A DNA stretch of 64,000 nt from assembly GCA_051362555.1 (NCBI GenBank), contig CM120649.1, positions 10,354,001-10,418,000 of the forward strand, given 5' to 3'. Positions 1 through 12,684 of the stretch are shown here, piece after piece. The position numbers and the translations under genes were made by a program. The notes under the pieces are model-generated. The model saw nothing but the letters and a program-made list of their open reading frames with translations. It had not been told where the DNA came from and did no database searches. The stretch's first letter is position 1. Each line of letters opens with the position of its first letter. The DNA is from Lingula anatina. Taxonomy: Eukaryota; Animalia; Brachiopoda.

Positions 1-27
1 TGATAGCATTTTACATCAAGTGTATGA

Positions 28-1230
28 CAATCCAGTGAAGTTAAATAGCCCAAATGTACTTATATGTCAGGTTACATTAAATTTCTGAGTTACAGTCATA
101 TAAGACTCTGCTGTGCTTGCTGTATTCTTCAAAGTGGAATTGTTTAGGAAAGCTTATTAAAAGACAGTTTGAGTCTTAGGAGATGGGGACTTGCTTGTCA
201 TAAACAACAAAGAATTATTTACTTTACAAAAGACCCCAAATCTTTACTTCGATACAGATCAGTACTATAGTAATTAACAGTCAGGTGTAAACAGGGCTCT
301 TTCTTGCTAGCAGCAGATCTTGTAGGCTGAGCATTTCAGATAGTTGTCGGCCAATTGAAAATTGTCCCCCTAATTAGGGTGAGTGTCAACTAAGACTTTG
401 GGAGTAGAATTTCCTTTAGTGTTTCTTAAGACATGACAGTTTGATACTTTACTGTGTATAAATCTTATGTTCTTGGGCTATCACCCTTTTCTACTGTTAA
501 TTCCTATCTAGTTTATTCTTATTTAACAAAAGCTAATTAAATAAGCCGTAGGTTTCTGTGTATTTTACCAAAATTAAAGGTACATATCAACTAAGCGTGG
601 TGAAACATGGATTCTCAGTAATGCTTATTAACCACTTCTACTAGTTCCTTATACAACAAAAAATCATTTGATCAGCATAAAAGAGCTTTTAACTGCTCCT
701 TTTTTAAAATTTTGGCTGAAAATTTAACATACAAGTACATATCTTACTTACTTATCTGCCTGGATTATATGTGGCATAGCAAGCTAGCAGAAAATATTGT
801 TCAAATATTTTTCGGGCAGTATTAAATGATGTGTTGCGGTAATTATCTTAGTACTATTAAAAATTTATACTGGTAATTGGTGAGCTTTTGTGGCAAAAAT
901 TTGCCTCGTATGCATCCTGAAATTGATAAAATGTTGATGTACTAGGTATATACATGAAAAATGCAATTTTCCGTTATTAGAACCCTTTCTGCAGTCATTT
1001 GGGCAATTTGTCAGAAGGTGAAATGCTTTTAATTGAATCCACTATAATCCAGTGAAGTTAAATAGCTAAGGTAGTCCTATAATATTTGTCAGATAATATA
1101 AAATTTAAAATTGTGAGTTGTAGTAACATTAAGCTTTGCTTAGCTGTAATTACTCTTAAAAGTGGAATTGTTCAGCTAAGCTTGTCCCAAGACAGTTTGT
1201 GTCTTAAGGGATAGATACTCGTTTGTTGTT
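28..1230 (+). repeat. Diverged direct duplication of about 190 bp (28-220 and 1046-1230)
   Basis: Both copies share aatccagtgaagttaaatagc ... aaagtggaattgtt ... aagacagtttg.gtctta in the same order. Confidence 0.6.
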
Positions 1231-2224
1231 AAAAGGATAATAACTCTTCGTATGAGATGTATATTTCACAATAAAAACATTGTGAATAACTCATAGAAAT
1301 ATAATATATTGTTTTACCACAAAAACGGCAGTTATAGCTATTATTCTGATATCTGAGCTTGTCTTTAGACCACGTAACCTCCATTGATGGCTATACTCTG
1401 TTAAAATCTCTTAAGAGATTTTAACAAAAAACCAAACTTTTTAGAAAAAAAACAAAAAAACAGAGACTAACTTTGAATGTAAAAATGGATTCATTAACCA
1501 TTGGTAAGTATGGGAAAATTGTTGTTTACTCCAGGAAAATTCATTTTTTGGCCAAAACGAAGAGTTATTATCCCTTTAAATGCTTCTCTAATTAGGAAGT
1601 AGGAATTTAAAAGAGAGACCCAAAAGAAAAGACCTTTTCCTGAGAATACCAAAGAGTTGGATGTACAGAATATTGAAGCAACAGCTATATGTGACATATC
1701 TGACACAAAAACACAACTAATAGAAGTTTGTGAAAATGACAATGGCAAAGAAACCTGTGGTTCTAACTTCTCAAAGAAGAGTTGAGTAATGAAGTGCACT
1801 GTGATGGTAAACATACAAATGTAGTGACAGTGATGATGGGGATGATGATTTCAATGGAGATACCTGTGATGACCCAGGTGACAAACCAATTTACCCTGCT
1901 CATTACTTGACAGTGCGCCTTAGTATTTTGCTCATTTTTCTGTATGCCACTGCCCATGCAATTACTGGGAGTCAATGAAGTGATCTTCTCATGCTTGTCA
2001 GTGTACACTGCTTGCTGGGCTAAAGAGTTTATTTTTTATAAGAAGTACTTCTCAGGAATGTCATCCCCTGTAGTGTTGATTTTTTATGTTCATTGATAGT
2101 TGGTGGGTTACATCATAATTCAGTATTGGTCCAAATCTGCCTAAACCATGAAAACCATATGGAGTTTTCAAATGCCTATATCTTGCTAACTTTAAAAAAC
2201 AAGTAAATTTCTATTTCAATAAAA

Positions 2225-2460
2225 TTTTTGTAAACTGTAAGCAAATGGACACTTTTTTTTTCAAACTTCTTGCAAACTGTAAGTTAATGTCTAAGTTTCT
2301 TTCAAACATATCGCAAACTGTAATTAATATATTGTCTAAGTTTCTTGCAAACATCATGCAAACTGTGAGTCTTTGTCCAAGTTTCTTGCAAACTTCTCGC
2401 AAATGTCAACCTGCGAACAGTTTCTTGCAAACTATTTGGTTTGCAGCAAATTTGCTGACG
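2225..2460. repeat. Cluster of short TTTCTTGCAAAC-like motifs, possibly a subterminal repeat region of a CACTA/EnSpm-type element
   Basis: About 10 imperfect copies of (ttct)tgcaaac at irregular spacing. The repeat is directly visible; the family is inferred. Confidence 0.5.
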
Positions 2461-2600
2461 CCATTGTATGTCATCGATTTGTGTGTAGCAGCCAGCGTCA
2501 GTTAAAGTGCTGCCATATTTATGAACACATACAAAGGAGTCAGAGAACCACTTATATTGTTTTTAACGTTATTTTTGTTTAATTTGTTGTTAACTATGTT

Positions 2601-3632
2601 ATGGAGGACTTGTACAGAGAAGCGTTGGAGGGAGACGTAAGATGGAGATACGAGGAGAAAATTGGTGACATCGGAAAGGATCCATATGAGATTCAGAATA
2701 AGGAGTTTATCAAGTACAAGAAATTGTGATAATGTCTTTCCGATGTATAGATGCCTTCTTTTTTTAAATATTTTTCCTGTAGTTGGAACATCCATACAAA
2801 AGAATTTGAGAGCTGGACTTTCAATCAGCAAATAAAAAGTGGAGGGATAGCTTAGCACCCATCCATCCCATAAAGGACCAGATAATATTCCGTCACCCAT
2901 AAAACATGAGATTGAAGCAGTCTACAGTGTTCTGTGGAAAAAAGGAATTGCTGTTGCCCTGTCTGTGTCAAAGGATTTTGCTGCCAATTTTCAACCCAAG
3001 TCACTGGAAGGTGATTGGCCAATTGACCTTAAGTCAGTCAGAAAAGACAGTTTTAGGGATGCCTCATATCAGGAAATACTGGCACATGCAGACAGTGTGG
3101 ACATTAATGTGACCCCATCACAGGCATCATATGTGGTAAGCGTAACACGCGAGCAAGTGAAGTCTGCGAAGTGGGGTAAGTACAGGGTTGGCTGCATCAC
3201 AGCCTCAAAAATATATGAGGCCACATGCACCACCACAGACACTCCCTCTAGGTCCCTTGCAATAGACATATGCTGGCAAATATATGCCATTTAAGAGTGT
3301 ACAGACTGGCTGGGGCATCAGGAAGGAACCAGTTGCCAAGAAGGAGTATAGCAAGCAGATGATTCTGCAGCACAACAACTTCACCATGCAGGATAGTGGT
3401 CTGGTGCTTCATCCAGAGTATCCAGAGTTTGGAGCCAGTCCTGATGCCACTGGCAGCTGTTGTGGCTCTATGCTCTTAAAGGTAAAGTGCCCCTCCAGCC
3501 TGAAGGATTCTGAGATCATTGACATGCCATATTTGAAGGACAAAAAGTTGAAAAAGGAAAGCAAGTAGTTTTTTAAGTGCAGATGCAACTGTTTATAACA
3601 GACGGCAACTACTGTGACTTTTTTATCTGGAC
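2601..3632 (+). pseudogene. YqaJ/lambda-exonuclease-like protein of an ISL2EU-type transposon, frameshifted
   Basis: N-terminal MEDLYREALEGDVRWRYEEKIGDIGKDPYE, then TREQVKSAKWGKYRVGCITASK, WGIRKEPVA, SGLVLHPEYPEFGASPDA, KVKCP and VQMQLFITDGNYCDF: the YqaJ motif order, spread over several frames with stops. Confidence 0.8.
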
Positions 3633-3664
3633 TTAATGTGATTTTAATTCTGTTCTTTTCAAAG

Positions 3665-4150
3665 ATGCCAGGAGAGAGTTTTTGTTGTGTGGTCTCATGT
3701 AGTGCCTCCTCACAGAAATGCAAGGGTCTTTCTTTTCACAGCTTGCCTAAGAAAGGTAAAATTGATAAACAATTATCATTAAGAAAACCATTATACCATA
3801 ACCTCTTCCCACCTTTTCCTCAAATGAATAACTAACTACTTTCTCAAGAATTATTAAATAAAATGTTATTTCAAGATGGATGTCATAATGCACATTTTAT
3901 ACCTTCAGAGCAGTACCTCCATGCCTGTTTATATGCTAGATTGTTGATTTCACAAAGAAACTCCCATTCCCAAGTAAAACACTTTCTCTACTTCTATGAA
4001 TAAATCTTTTTATATCCACAGGGGTATCTGAGGTAACAGATGGATGGAGTACCCAAGTGATCCAATACATCAACAGATGTGACAGCTCTTTTAACCCGGG
4101 ACAAAGCCAAGATCTGTTCTAGGAATTTTGAAGAGGATTGTTTCATAAAA
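3665..4150 (+). pseudogene. Spliced THAP zinc-finger domain remnant (exon 3665-3755, intron 3756-4021, exon from 4022)
   Basis: MPGESFCCVVSC...LSFHSLPKK joins through a GT-AG intron to GVSEVTDGW...INRCDSSFNP, then a 1-nt frameshift, then KAKICSRNFEEDCF. The THAP C2CH pattern is present with His replaced by Asn. Confidence 0.7.
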
Positions 4151-4807
4151 TGTACAACGCACCAACATAGCACTGTACGGAGATTTAGGAAGAAGGTTGG
4201 CTGGGTGAAGAGTGGGAAAGGCTACTGTCAACTTGTAAGAATCAGATTGATCAACTGTCAGAAAAGAGTAAACTGGTGCCAGGAGGCCCTGGCAGTGGAA
4301 GACAAATTTGAGGACATTGTGCTTTCTTGTAATTAATAACCCACAGATCTGTGTTGTTGTTTAATATTATATAAATATTATGGAATGGTACAATTTGTAA
4401 GATAAATGTTATTTTAAAATGAATACCATAATTGTTCATATTTTTATATTGCAGACTGGAAATTTTCAACCAAAAAGATTAGATGGAATCAAAGACAAGA
4501 TACGTACTTCATTTGGATGGTTAGAACTTGATACCTTTCATGATTTTCAGTGAAATCATCATGGACTGCCACCATGACCTGATAGAAAAAAAGCGATCAA
4601 GGTGAAAATTGCTGCTGGGAAAGCTGAAAAGTTTGCTAAAATATATCAGTCATAGAGCTTTAATTTTGTTAACATTGGTGTTAGAGCCTTGTCTTAAGGG
4701 ATGAAATTTGTATCTCATTTTTGGTAGCCTTTATTTTACATCATACATACAGGTAAGGCAAGTAACAGTCTACGGTGTATGGTGAAATGCAATGAATAGA
4801 AATAAAA

Positions 4808-6695
4808 ACTAGAGGATCAGAGAGGCGATACCGCTTCCGAATATTGTACCACCAGCTGAAGTAAGCGCGATCGTATAGACCCCCAAACACACAAAAAAGG
4901 GACACCACTACCAGTCTTGTGCTTGACAAGCTGTAAAAAATGCAATCAACAAGAATTCTCAAAATATGCAAAAAATATATATATATAACTAAAATGGTAC
5001 AATCAAAGTTCAGTTCATAGTAAGGTAGGTCAAAGGTAAATTTCAAGGTCACATTTAGATTGCCAGTATATGACTTCCTATTCAAGTTCAATAGTAACTA
5101 TGACTCTATCTCTGCCAGTTTTAAAAATAAAAGCATTAAAAAGTTGCAAAGTTCACTTTATGTTGTAAATTAGGTCAAAGGTAAATTTCAAGGTCACATT
5201 TAGATTGCCAGTATATGACTTCCTATTCAAGTTCAATAGTAACTATGGACCTATCTCTGCTAGTTCTAGAGATAAAAGGGAACAAAACTTGCAAAGTTCA
5301 GTTCATGGTTAAAAGTAGGTCAAAGGTCAATTTTAAGGTCACAGTAAATTGCCTCTAATGACTTTCTATTCAAATTCAATAGTAACTATGGGCGTATCTC
5401 TGCCAGTTTTGAAAATAAAAGCATTAAAAAGTTGCAAAGTTCAGTATTTGGTGTAAAGTAGGTCAAAGGTAAATTTCAAGGTCACATTTAAATTGCCAGT
5501 ATATGACTTCCTATTCAAGTTCAATAGTAACCATGGACCTATCTCTGCCAGTTTTGGAGATAAAAGGGAACCAAAATTTGCAAAGTTCAATTCATGATGA
5601 AAAGTAGGTCAAAGGTCAATTTCAAGGTCACATATAGATTGCCAGTATATGATTTCCTATTCAACTTCAATAGTATCTATGGACCTATCTCTGCCAGTTT
5701 TGGAGATATAAGGGACTAAATGTTATGATTTTAGAGTTAAAATAATGTGCCATAAATTTCCTACAGAAAAAATTAATTAATATAAAGAAAAGGTCATTTT
5801 GGTCAAAATTCTTGAAATGGGAGGTGCTCTGAAGTTCCAGATGTTCAAATTTGATGAAATAATGTCATTTTTAACCACAAGTTGTCTGCCTCGCCAAGCC
5901 TTATGTTTTATTTTTCCGGGGTTCAAAATTTAATATCCATTACCGTACTGCACATTTTGCTTTCACCACCAATATGTACTTTTTGATACAGCGTAACTCA
6001 AAAACCGTATGGAATACAAAAAAATGGAGACCACCCTCAGTGTTGGGCTTTACATGCTCTACAAAATGCAAAAAAGAATGGGTCTCTAGCATTAACGGTT
6101 CCCGAATTAGAGACAGTTTTCAGTTTCGGTATCTTATGGCCGCTACTCCCGTGAAAATGCACCGATTGACCCCAAATTCACGGAGATGAAAGATGACCCG
6201 AAGGGTATCACTTTCCAATAATATTATTGGTTAAGTGTGTGTGGTGTCTGAATAACAGCGCAAAAAATTTTTTTTTTGTAAAAAATTTCGTTTTTTTGAA
6301 AATTTTGGCCCGTTTGACCTTGAAATAAAGGTCAAAGGTCAAATCCAAGGGCATATTTGAAATCTACACATATGACTTTTGGAAAGCTGTCTGTAGAAAT
6401 TTTTCCCATAATTCCTTCAGTAGGGTAAAAATGGCATTTAATTTTGCCATTTTTGGACAAGGGTGCATTGCAATGAGTGCCACACCTAGACCCCAATACC
6501 GACAAAGCCCAAATTTTACGTGGAACGAGTTGAGATTATAGGTGACCTAAATCCAAGAGATGGGTACGCAGGCCCTAGTAGTCTAGGAGGAGAAGTGGTA
6601 ATGGTGACTTGGCGGCGGAGCCGCAGGAGCCGGTGGAACATACGGGTCGGGACTAAAACCATGTGTACCGCCAGCGCCTACGCTGGTGGTACAAT
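4808..6695 (-). mobile_element. Non-autonomous Helentron-type element (HINE family 1), copy A
   Basis: One end is hairpin GTACCGCCAGCG-ccta-CGCTGGTGGTAC (about 6665-6692). The other has the matching sub-terminal IR TTGTACCACCAGC (4844-4856), a GAGGCG-atac-CGCTTC palindrome and an ACTAG terminus in an A-run. It carries an internal tandem array and has a second copy at 12509. Confidence 0.85.
5005..5720. repeat. Internal tandem array, unit about 145 bp, about 5 copies
   Basis: TAGGTCAAAGG recurs at 5026, 5171, 5316, 5459 and 5605. Confidence 0.95.
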
Positions 6696-7417
6696 GATGA
6701 TACTAACAATGGAGTACAATTAAGTGCAAGTTTTTCTAACCACCAGACAAATCAGCCAGAAAGTGGCAAGGTTGGGTTCTCACAGAATACACTCATATTA
6801 CTCATAGTGAATTATCTTTATGACTTTATTAAATGTGTGTTCAAAATAGTAAAGCTTTGCGTTGCGTTTTTACCGAAATACAGCCCCATGCATATTTAAC
6901 CCTCACGCAAAGAGTCTGCTTAACTTTTCAGCTGTGTGAGTGATGCATTTTCCATCAAATTTGCTCTACAAAATGCACATGATTTGTTCGGTACATTACT
7001 TCGACCTTTTCTATGTTTGAAAGATTGATAAATAATCTTTATAACAACAGAAAATTTTATCATAATTTCGTTGCTATGGTTACAAACTATCGAGGTCATT
7101 TGGGGTCAATTGATGCTTCTTTCAGATACCTACCCTACGTATAGCCTAATATCTCCACTGGTAGAGCACCTGATATATTATCATTGGTATTTCCTGAGAA
7201 TATAGGCATGGGGCCTAATATGAATTAAAAAATCGGCGTGGACTTTTTTCCTGAAAAGCATGCACCAGTGACGCAAATCTTCCTTTTTTCAGTAACAGCA
7301 TGTCCATCAGCATAAAATCAATTTAGTTGATGAAAAAATATACATTAGCAATGGTAATTCACAATTTAAAATACTGCATTGTATGGACTGAAATATATTT
7401 GTGTCCATTAGTTATAT

Positions 7418-7599
7418 CAGAGGCAGATCCAGGATTATTTGAAGGGTGGGGGTCCATGGATGCAAAGACATATTGTTTGGTATTTAAGAGGGAGAACTGT
7501 GTTTTTGGTATATGTCATGTAGTCAAAATTCTTATTCCAAGAGGTGAATATTAAGTTAATTTTTTCAGGACCCCCATGCCCCCTCTAAATCTGCCACTA
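7418..7599. mobile_element. MITE with CAG(A/T)GGC.GAT termini (hAT-like), 5-bp TSD
   Basis: cagaggcagatcc ... aaatctgccacta flanked by tatat on both sides; related to 50095-50358. Confidence 0.65.
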
Positions 7600-7839
7600 T
7601 ATATGAACATTTGAACTTTTTATATTTTATATTGAATTATTCCATTGTCATATGAACAGTTTATCCTTAATAATCCATATGGTACGCCCATTACACAAAT
7701 AAGCGATTATTCATTGCAACAATATAAACAACCCGTAAACAAATATAATAAATCAGCTGATATATTTGTGTGTGTGTGCAGGTCAACTTTTGTTATAGAG
7801 AGATATATAGATATATTAAACATATTAAACATTTTACAG

Positions 7840-8774
7840 GACTTAGCCTGCTGCAAGGTGGACGGTGCCCAACCTTTGTGGAATGTATATTGGAAAAAGA
7901 AACAAAACACCACAAACAGTTTTTGTCAGGGCTAAGGCGGGTGGGGATTATACAGGTAAATGTATATATTTCAAGTGAAAAGGGACTTTTAAAATGGCAA
8001 ACTTTCTGTTGTGAGAAATGACTTTGTCTTACAATATATAAACATTGCTTCAAAATGCTGAAATGACAGAATATATGGTAATGCAATTGTCCAGCAGTTT
8101 GTGCAGCTTTTTACACGGTTTTTGAAAGTGTAGACTGACCGTTTATGACTTGTATTTGATTTAATTATGATGAAAAATTTTATTTATTATAGCCCTTTTA
8201 ATTCTGTTAATTAACTTCGTGATTTTAATTGATATAGGTAAGGAAACTGGGTTTTTAAGTTATAACTTAATGAATAAGATCAGTATCATTATTATGATTA
8301 TAATGATTTTCAATTTTTGATAATCAATTTATCAACAAACCTAATTATAAATTTTACATGCAGTTACACATCTGTGGTACTGCTTTATTGTTCATTAAAT
8401 CCTATTGCATATTCATTTCTTTTTTAATACTTCTAGCAATGTTATTAATGATAACAACTTTTCAACTTTAATTGTAGTTGATGGAAAAACTCCCCACACT
8501 GAGAATGGTTTTTAAGGATTCAAATACAAGCCTTACTTTTCCAAAAATACAGAGGCTTCTGAAAGCAGAATTCTCTGCGCCTCAGTCATCCAGGCGCAGA
8601 GAAGAAGAGCACACTTGAGGTATCTGAGAGAAGTGGCAGGTAATAATAAAGTATATCATACAATAAAAATGTGATTAATAGTAAGTGAGGAGCAAATGGT
8701 TTCCCAATAAAGTAACCTGTGCACAGTAGATATATAGTACAACCTATAACCTCACGATGAGACTGGTCAACAAC

Positions 8775-8854
<80 letters not shown>

Positions 8855-9253
8855 ATTACAAGCTTTGTTACTGTCACTTACAGCACTGTAACTGATGTAT
8901 TTTTTTTTTAAATAAGATAATCTACAACATAGATATTGAGTATAATGTAAATGCCTCATAACTAAATTTCAATTAATGCTGAAGATTATATTTAATAGTG
9001 TACTTTTTCTTTCTCAGCAGGTAGAAGAAAGAGTGTAACTTTAGGACATGTTCTGGCATTCTGCACTGGTGTAAGGGAAATCCCCTCACTGGGATTTTCA
9101 AGTGATAGAAGTCTGACATTTTCACTTGCAACAGATTCCATGTTACCAATGGCAAGTACATGTATCATGCAAATGAATTTGAAGATACCAGCACTGGCAG
9201 CTCTGAAAGAAATTGGAAATACTGATAGCCTGCCTTTAGATTTTACATATTGA
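7840..9253 (+). pseudogene. HECT-domain (G2E3-like) E3 ligase C-terminal part, three exons (7840-7955, 8478-8639, 9018-9253), disrupted
   Basis: GT-AG, phase-compatible joins give GLSLLQGGRCPTF..GLRRVGIIQ|LMEKLPTL..LLKAEFS..(frameshift)..YLREVA|AGRRKSVTLGHVLAFCTGVREIPSLGF..LPMASTCIMQMNLKIP, containing the HECT C-lobe F.TG and LP..STC motifs. Confidence 0.75.
8778..8851. repeat. (TA)n microsatellite
   Basis: Direct observation; it lies in the HECT pseudogene intron. Confidence 0.98.
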
Positions 9254-9280
9254 AAGAGTTTGAGTGTTATTTAAGATGTA

Positions 9281-9720
9281 TGTTAGTACTAGATTGTATT
9301 TTTGATGAGTTGAAAAATTTTGTATGCTAGCTGTTTATCCAATTGAAAAGTATAGTGCACTTAGACATTAAGCACTATTTTGTTTGGATGTACAAGTGCT
9401 CAGTTTTTTATGTAAAATAAATATTTTATAAACTATTTACCATAGTCAAAAGTTTAGTAGATTAGCACATGGTGCAATATTTCTGCATGAATACTAAATG
9501 TTAGTTCTAGATTGTATTTTTGATGAGTTTAAAAATTTTTTATGCTAGCTGTTTATCCATTGAAAAGTACATGTATAGTGCACTTAGACATTAAGCACTA
9601 TTTTGTTTGGATGTACAAGTGCTCAGTTTTTTATGTAAAATAAATATTTTATAAACTGTTTACCCTAGTCAAAAGTTTAGTAGATTAGTACATGGTGCAA
9701 TATTTTTGCATGAATACTAG
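9281..9720. repeat. Tandem duplication, about 218 bp x 2
   Basis: tgttagt.ctagattgtatttttgatgag starts at 9281 and 9499; the units are near-identical. Confidence 0.92.
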
Positions 9721-11213
9721 TGCTCAGATTTTTCAGTTACACTTTGGGCAATGTGTTTTATTTTCTCAACCAAAAATATAAATAAATGTGATATAAAGAA
9801 TGACCCAATTCTCAGCTATTTCATAAATGTCCTATACACTTCACTCTTCTTTTGACCCTTCTTTATACACAATAATGTCACCCATGTTTAGCAAAAACAG
9901 CACACTTGTATAATTTTATCACAGCTGGATAAATTCTTGTCCATGCATGTTCTCATTCCTTATACTTTGAAGGAAAAGGAGGAGCAAATGGCCATTCAAA
10001 GTGCAATAGCTGTTTTGTAATAGACCAACAACTATATTTTTCAGCCTGGATACACCCCCTCCCCCTTCATAAAAAGGTGTATCTTCACAGGCAAGATGAT
10101 AAGCAGGTTAATTGATTTTTTACACGAAAGCGTTATTTGATTTTCTCTTGGCTAAATAATTGTTCTCATGTCATACAGTTGAATCTCAATAATCGTAAAG
10201 GTGGTCACACTTTTTTTAAAAGCACTCACTTCATCAGTTATGTGATTCAAATAAATTAAGGGGGGGGGGGGTCCTGGGAGGAGATTGTCACAAAATGAGG
10301 GGTTATCCTTGAGGGGGACGGCTTCATAGAATCAAAATGGTCCAACATCATCCAACTGGATAAAACATAAACATTTGAATACCACAATGTCAAATAAAAA
10401 GGGTTTTGGTACAGTCCCTCTGTTTCAATTTATTGGACTCGACATGTAAGACTTGGCTGAAAGTAACATGGGCCCTTTAGCTTAATAGGGTTTCAACTGA
10501 CCCATGTCCAATAGTACATGTCACACGCGTCTGTGTAGAGATAGATTTTGTTGCAGGTTTTGTTAGAGTTGAAAGCGACATGACTCTCAAGGTCACGTCA
10601 AGTTCATTTATAAGATTCTGCTTATTCAACTGCGAAAACCACACGAGCCATGTCGGTTTCGTGTATATTAACTTTGTCAATATCGCATCTATGGGTCTCA
10701 GTAAATGCCGAACAAAACATGATAATGTGTATTTTGAGATTTTTAACATAGCCATTTGAAGCTCAAAAATCCACAGTAACAGACGAACGCGACATGGGTC
10801 GTGTCGCTCTTGCTTCTATGGAGTTCATTAAGTGACGAAAGAGACACAGCCATGTCAATTTCGGCTCTCAAAGCTCTGTAGTAAAAGACGAACTGGGCAT
10901 AGGCCTTGTTGTTTTCGCATGTAAAGGGGCGTCTAAAAGATGCACGAGTAGGCTCCTATGAGCCATGGTAGTTTTCTTTTCATTTAGTGCTTGAAAAACA
11001 CAAATGCTAACTATTTTCCTTGAAAAAATGAAAGATTAGTCAAGGTGTGTATGAGCGTATACGGATAATCTGTCATGTAGTCTATGTACGAGTACGCTCA
11101 TATTTTTGTTTTAGTAGCACTAAAAATGAAGATTTTTTATACTTAATAAATGTACTTGTTTATTTTCTACATGAGGTTCTCCAAAGAAGGCTCATAATAT
11201 TGGGAGCAATGCA

Positions 11214-11408
11214 AACTGTCGGTTTCAGGACCCAAGGGCAGCCAACTTCAGAAATAGAGCAGGATACACAGATTACTTCAGGAATCTGACCTATCACTTC
11301 ACATCAGTATCAAAGATTGTTGTAGCCACCAGATATGCCTACCCTAAAGCTGACTTACAGGCAGCAGTGATGGACCACGACTATTGCCAAGTACCATGGA
11401 CAGAATAA
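11214..11408 (+). pseudogene. Fragment resembling the region upstream of the nuclease domain in transposon YqaJ-type proteins
   Basis: An open stretch absent from the ORF track reads NCRFQDPRAANFRNRAGYTDYFRNL..YPKADLQAAVMDHDYCQ (DPR..RN..Y..YFRN..DHDY pattern). Recognised from memory only. Confidence 0.4.
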
Positions 11409-12134
11409 AGCATGGATAGAGGGAATGATATCAGTGAAAACAGAGGTCTAATATTGAGAATCAGGCCAATATATTATAAATAATTATCAAACTAGGTGAT
11501 GTGTGACATCACAGAATTATAATATTGAATCGAAATTAGTTAATGACATATACCATCTTCAATGCTTTAATGGGATATGGATATTTCAGGTTGAGGAACA
11601 AACAGTGAAGGATATTCAATGATATTCATTGACATTCATTGAGAGACCATTAAAGAACATTTAGGTCCACCATATTTAGGTCTTGGCTTGCCTAGACCTT
11701 GGCTCTTCTCAATGTGAATGCTCTCAATCACAGTGGCAATTAACAGAAGCTGTTAAATAAATATAGCAATATCTTGTGTTTATTGGATGCAACATCCAGA
11801 ACTATGAAATATGCCATGCCACTTTTTTCCTGTGCATTAAAACAAATGTGAATTATTCAATTGTAGCTGTGTTTCATTCCAGAGCATAAGGATGAAATTA
11901 GCATTAGAGAAGCCCTTGAAATACTAAAATGTTGGAACCCAAGATGATTTCCTAGCAGATTACTGCCTGGCTGAGATAAATGTAGTTGAGGAGACATTTG
12001 AAGGTGAACACTCTCCTTCAGTTATAAATACAACACAAAGATGCAGTATTCAGTTCGGCAAGGTCAATTGAAAAAAAATTATAAATATTTTAATATCACA
12101 TTAAAATATTCATTCATAGCTTTTGCAAACTGTT

Positions 12135-12300
12135 TTTGCAACCGTCTCAGTGTGAGTACAGTCAAGAACATAATAGTGATCAAGCTCCTTTCCCCTGAGA
12201 TAAAGAATTTTAACCCAGACGAGTCAATACAATGGTGGAATTCCAACAGTCAACAAGCTTGTCCGCCAACTTTCAAGGCGCCCATGCAGAGGCTTTAGGA
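12135..12300 (+). pseudogene. hAT transposase C-terminal dimerisation region remnant (ZNF862-like)
   Basis: NRLSVSTVKNIIVIKLLSPEIKNFNPDESIQWW matches the hATC RL...L..I...P....F.P...I..W pattern. Confidence 0.6.
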
Positions 12301-12684
12301 AGATTCTAACAGAAGTTCATCTGCCTCATTACAGGAAAGGGACAGGGGAGAAGCTGATGATGAGTTCACAGCTGCAAGTGGTGCTATACAGTACCAATCA
12401 GCAAGATCAGAACTGCACAACACATCCTAGATGTCAGTGACTTTGAATCTCTGTTTGACAGTGATGGTAGTGATGGTGAGCATTTCAGTGATGTAGAAAT
12501 TGAGTAAAACTAGAGGATCAGAGAGGCGATACCGCCTCCGAAAATTGTACCACCAGCTGGAGCAAGCGCATTCGTATAGACCCCCACATACACAAAATAA
12601 GGGACACAGCCACCAGTCTTTTGCTTGACAAGCTGTAAAAATGCAATCAACAAGAATTTTCAAAATATGCAAAAAAATATATCA

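Noticed and set aside
6896-7400. Possible piggyBac-like end (TTAA-CCCTC)
   Set aside because: No matching right TIR with TTAA found.
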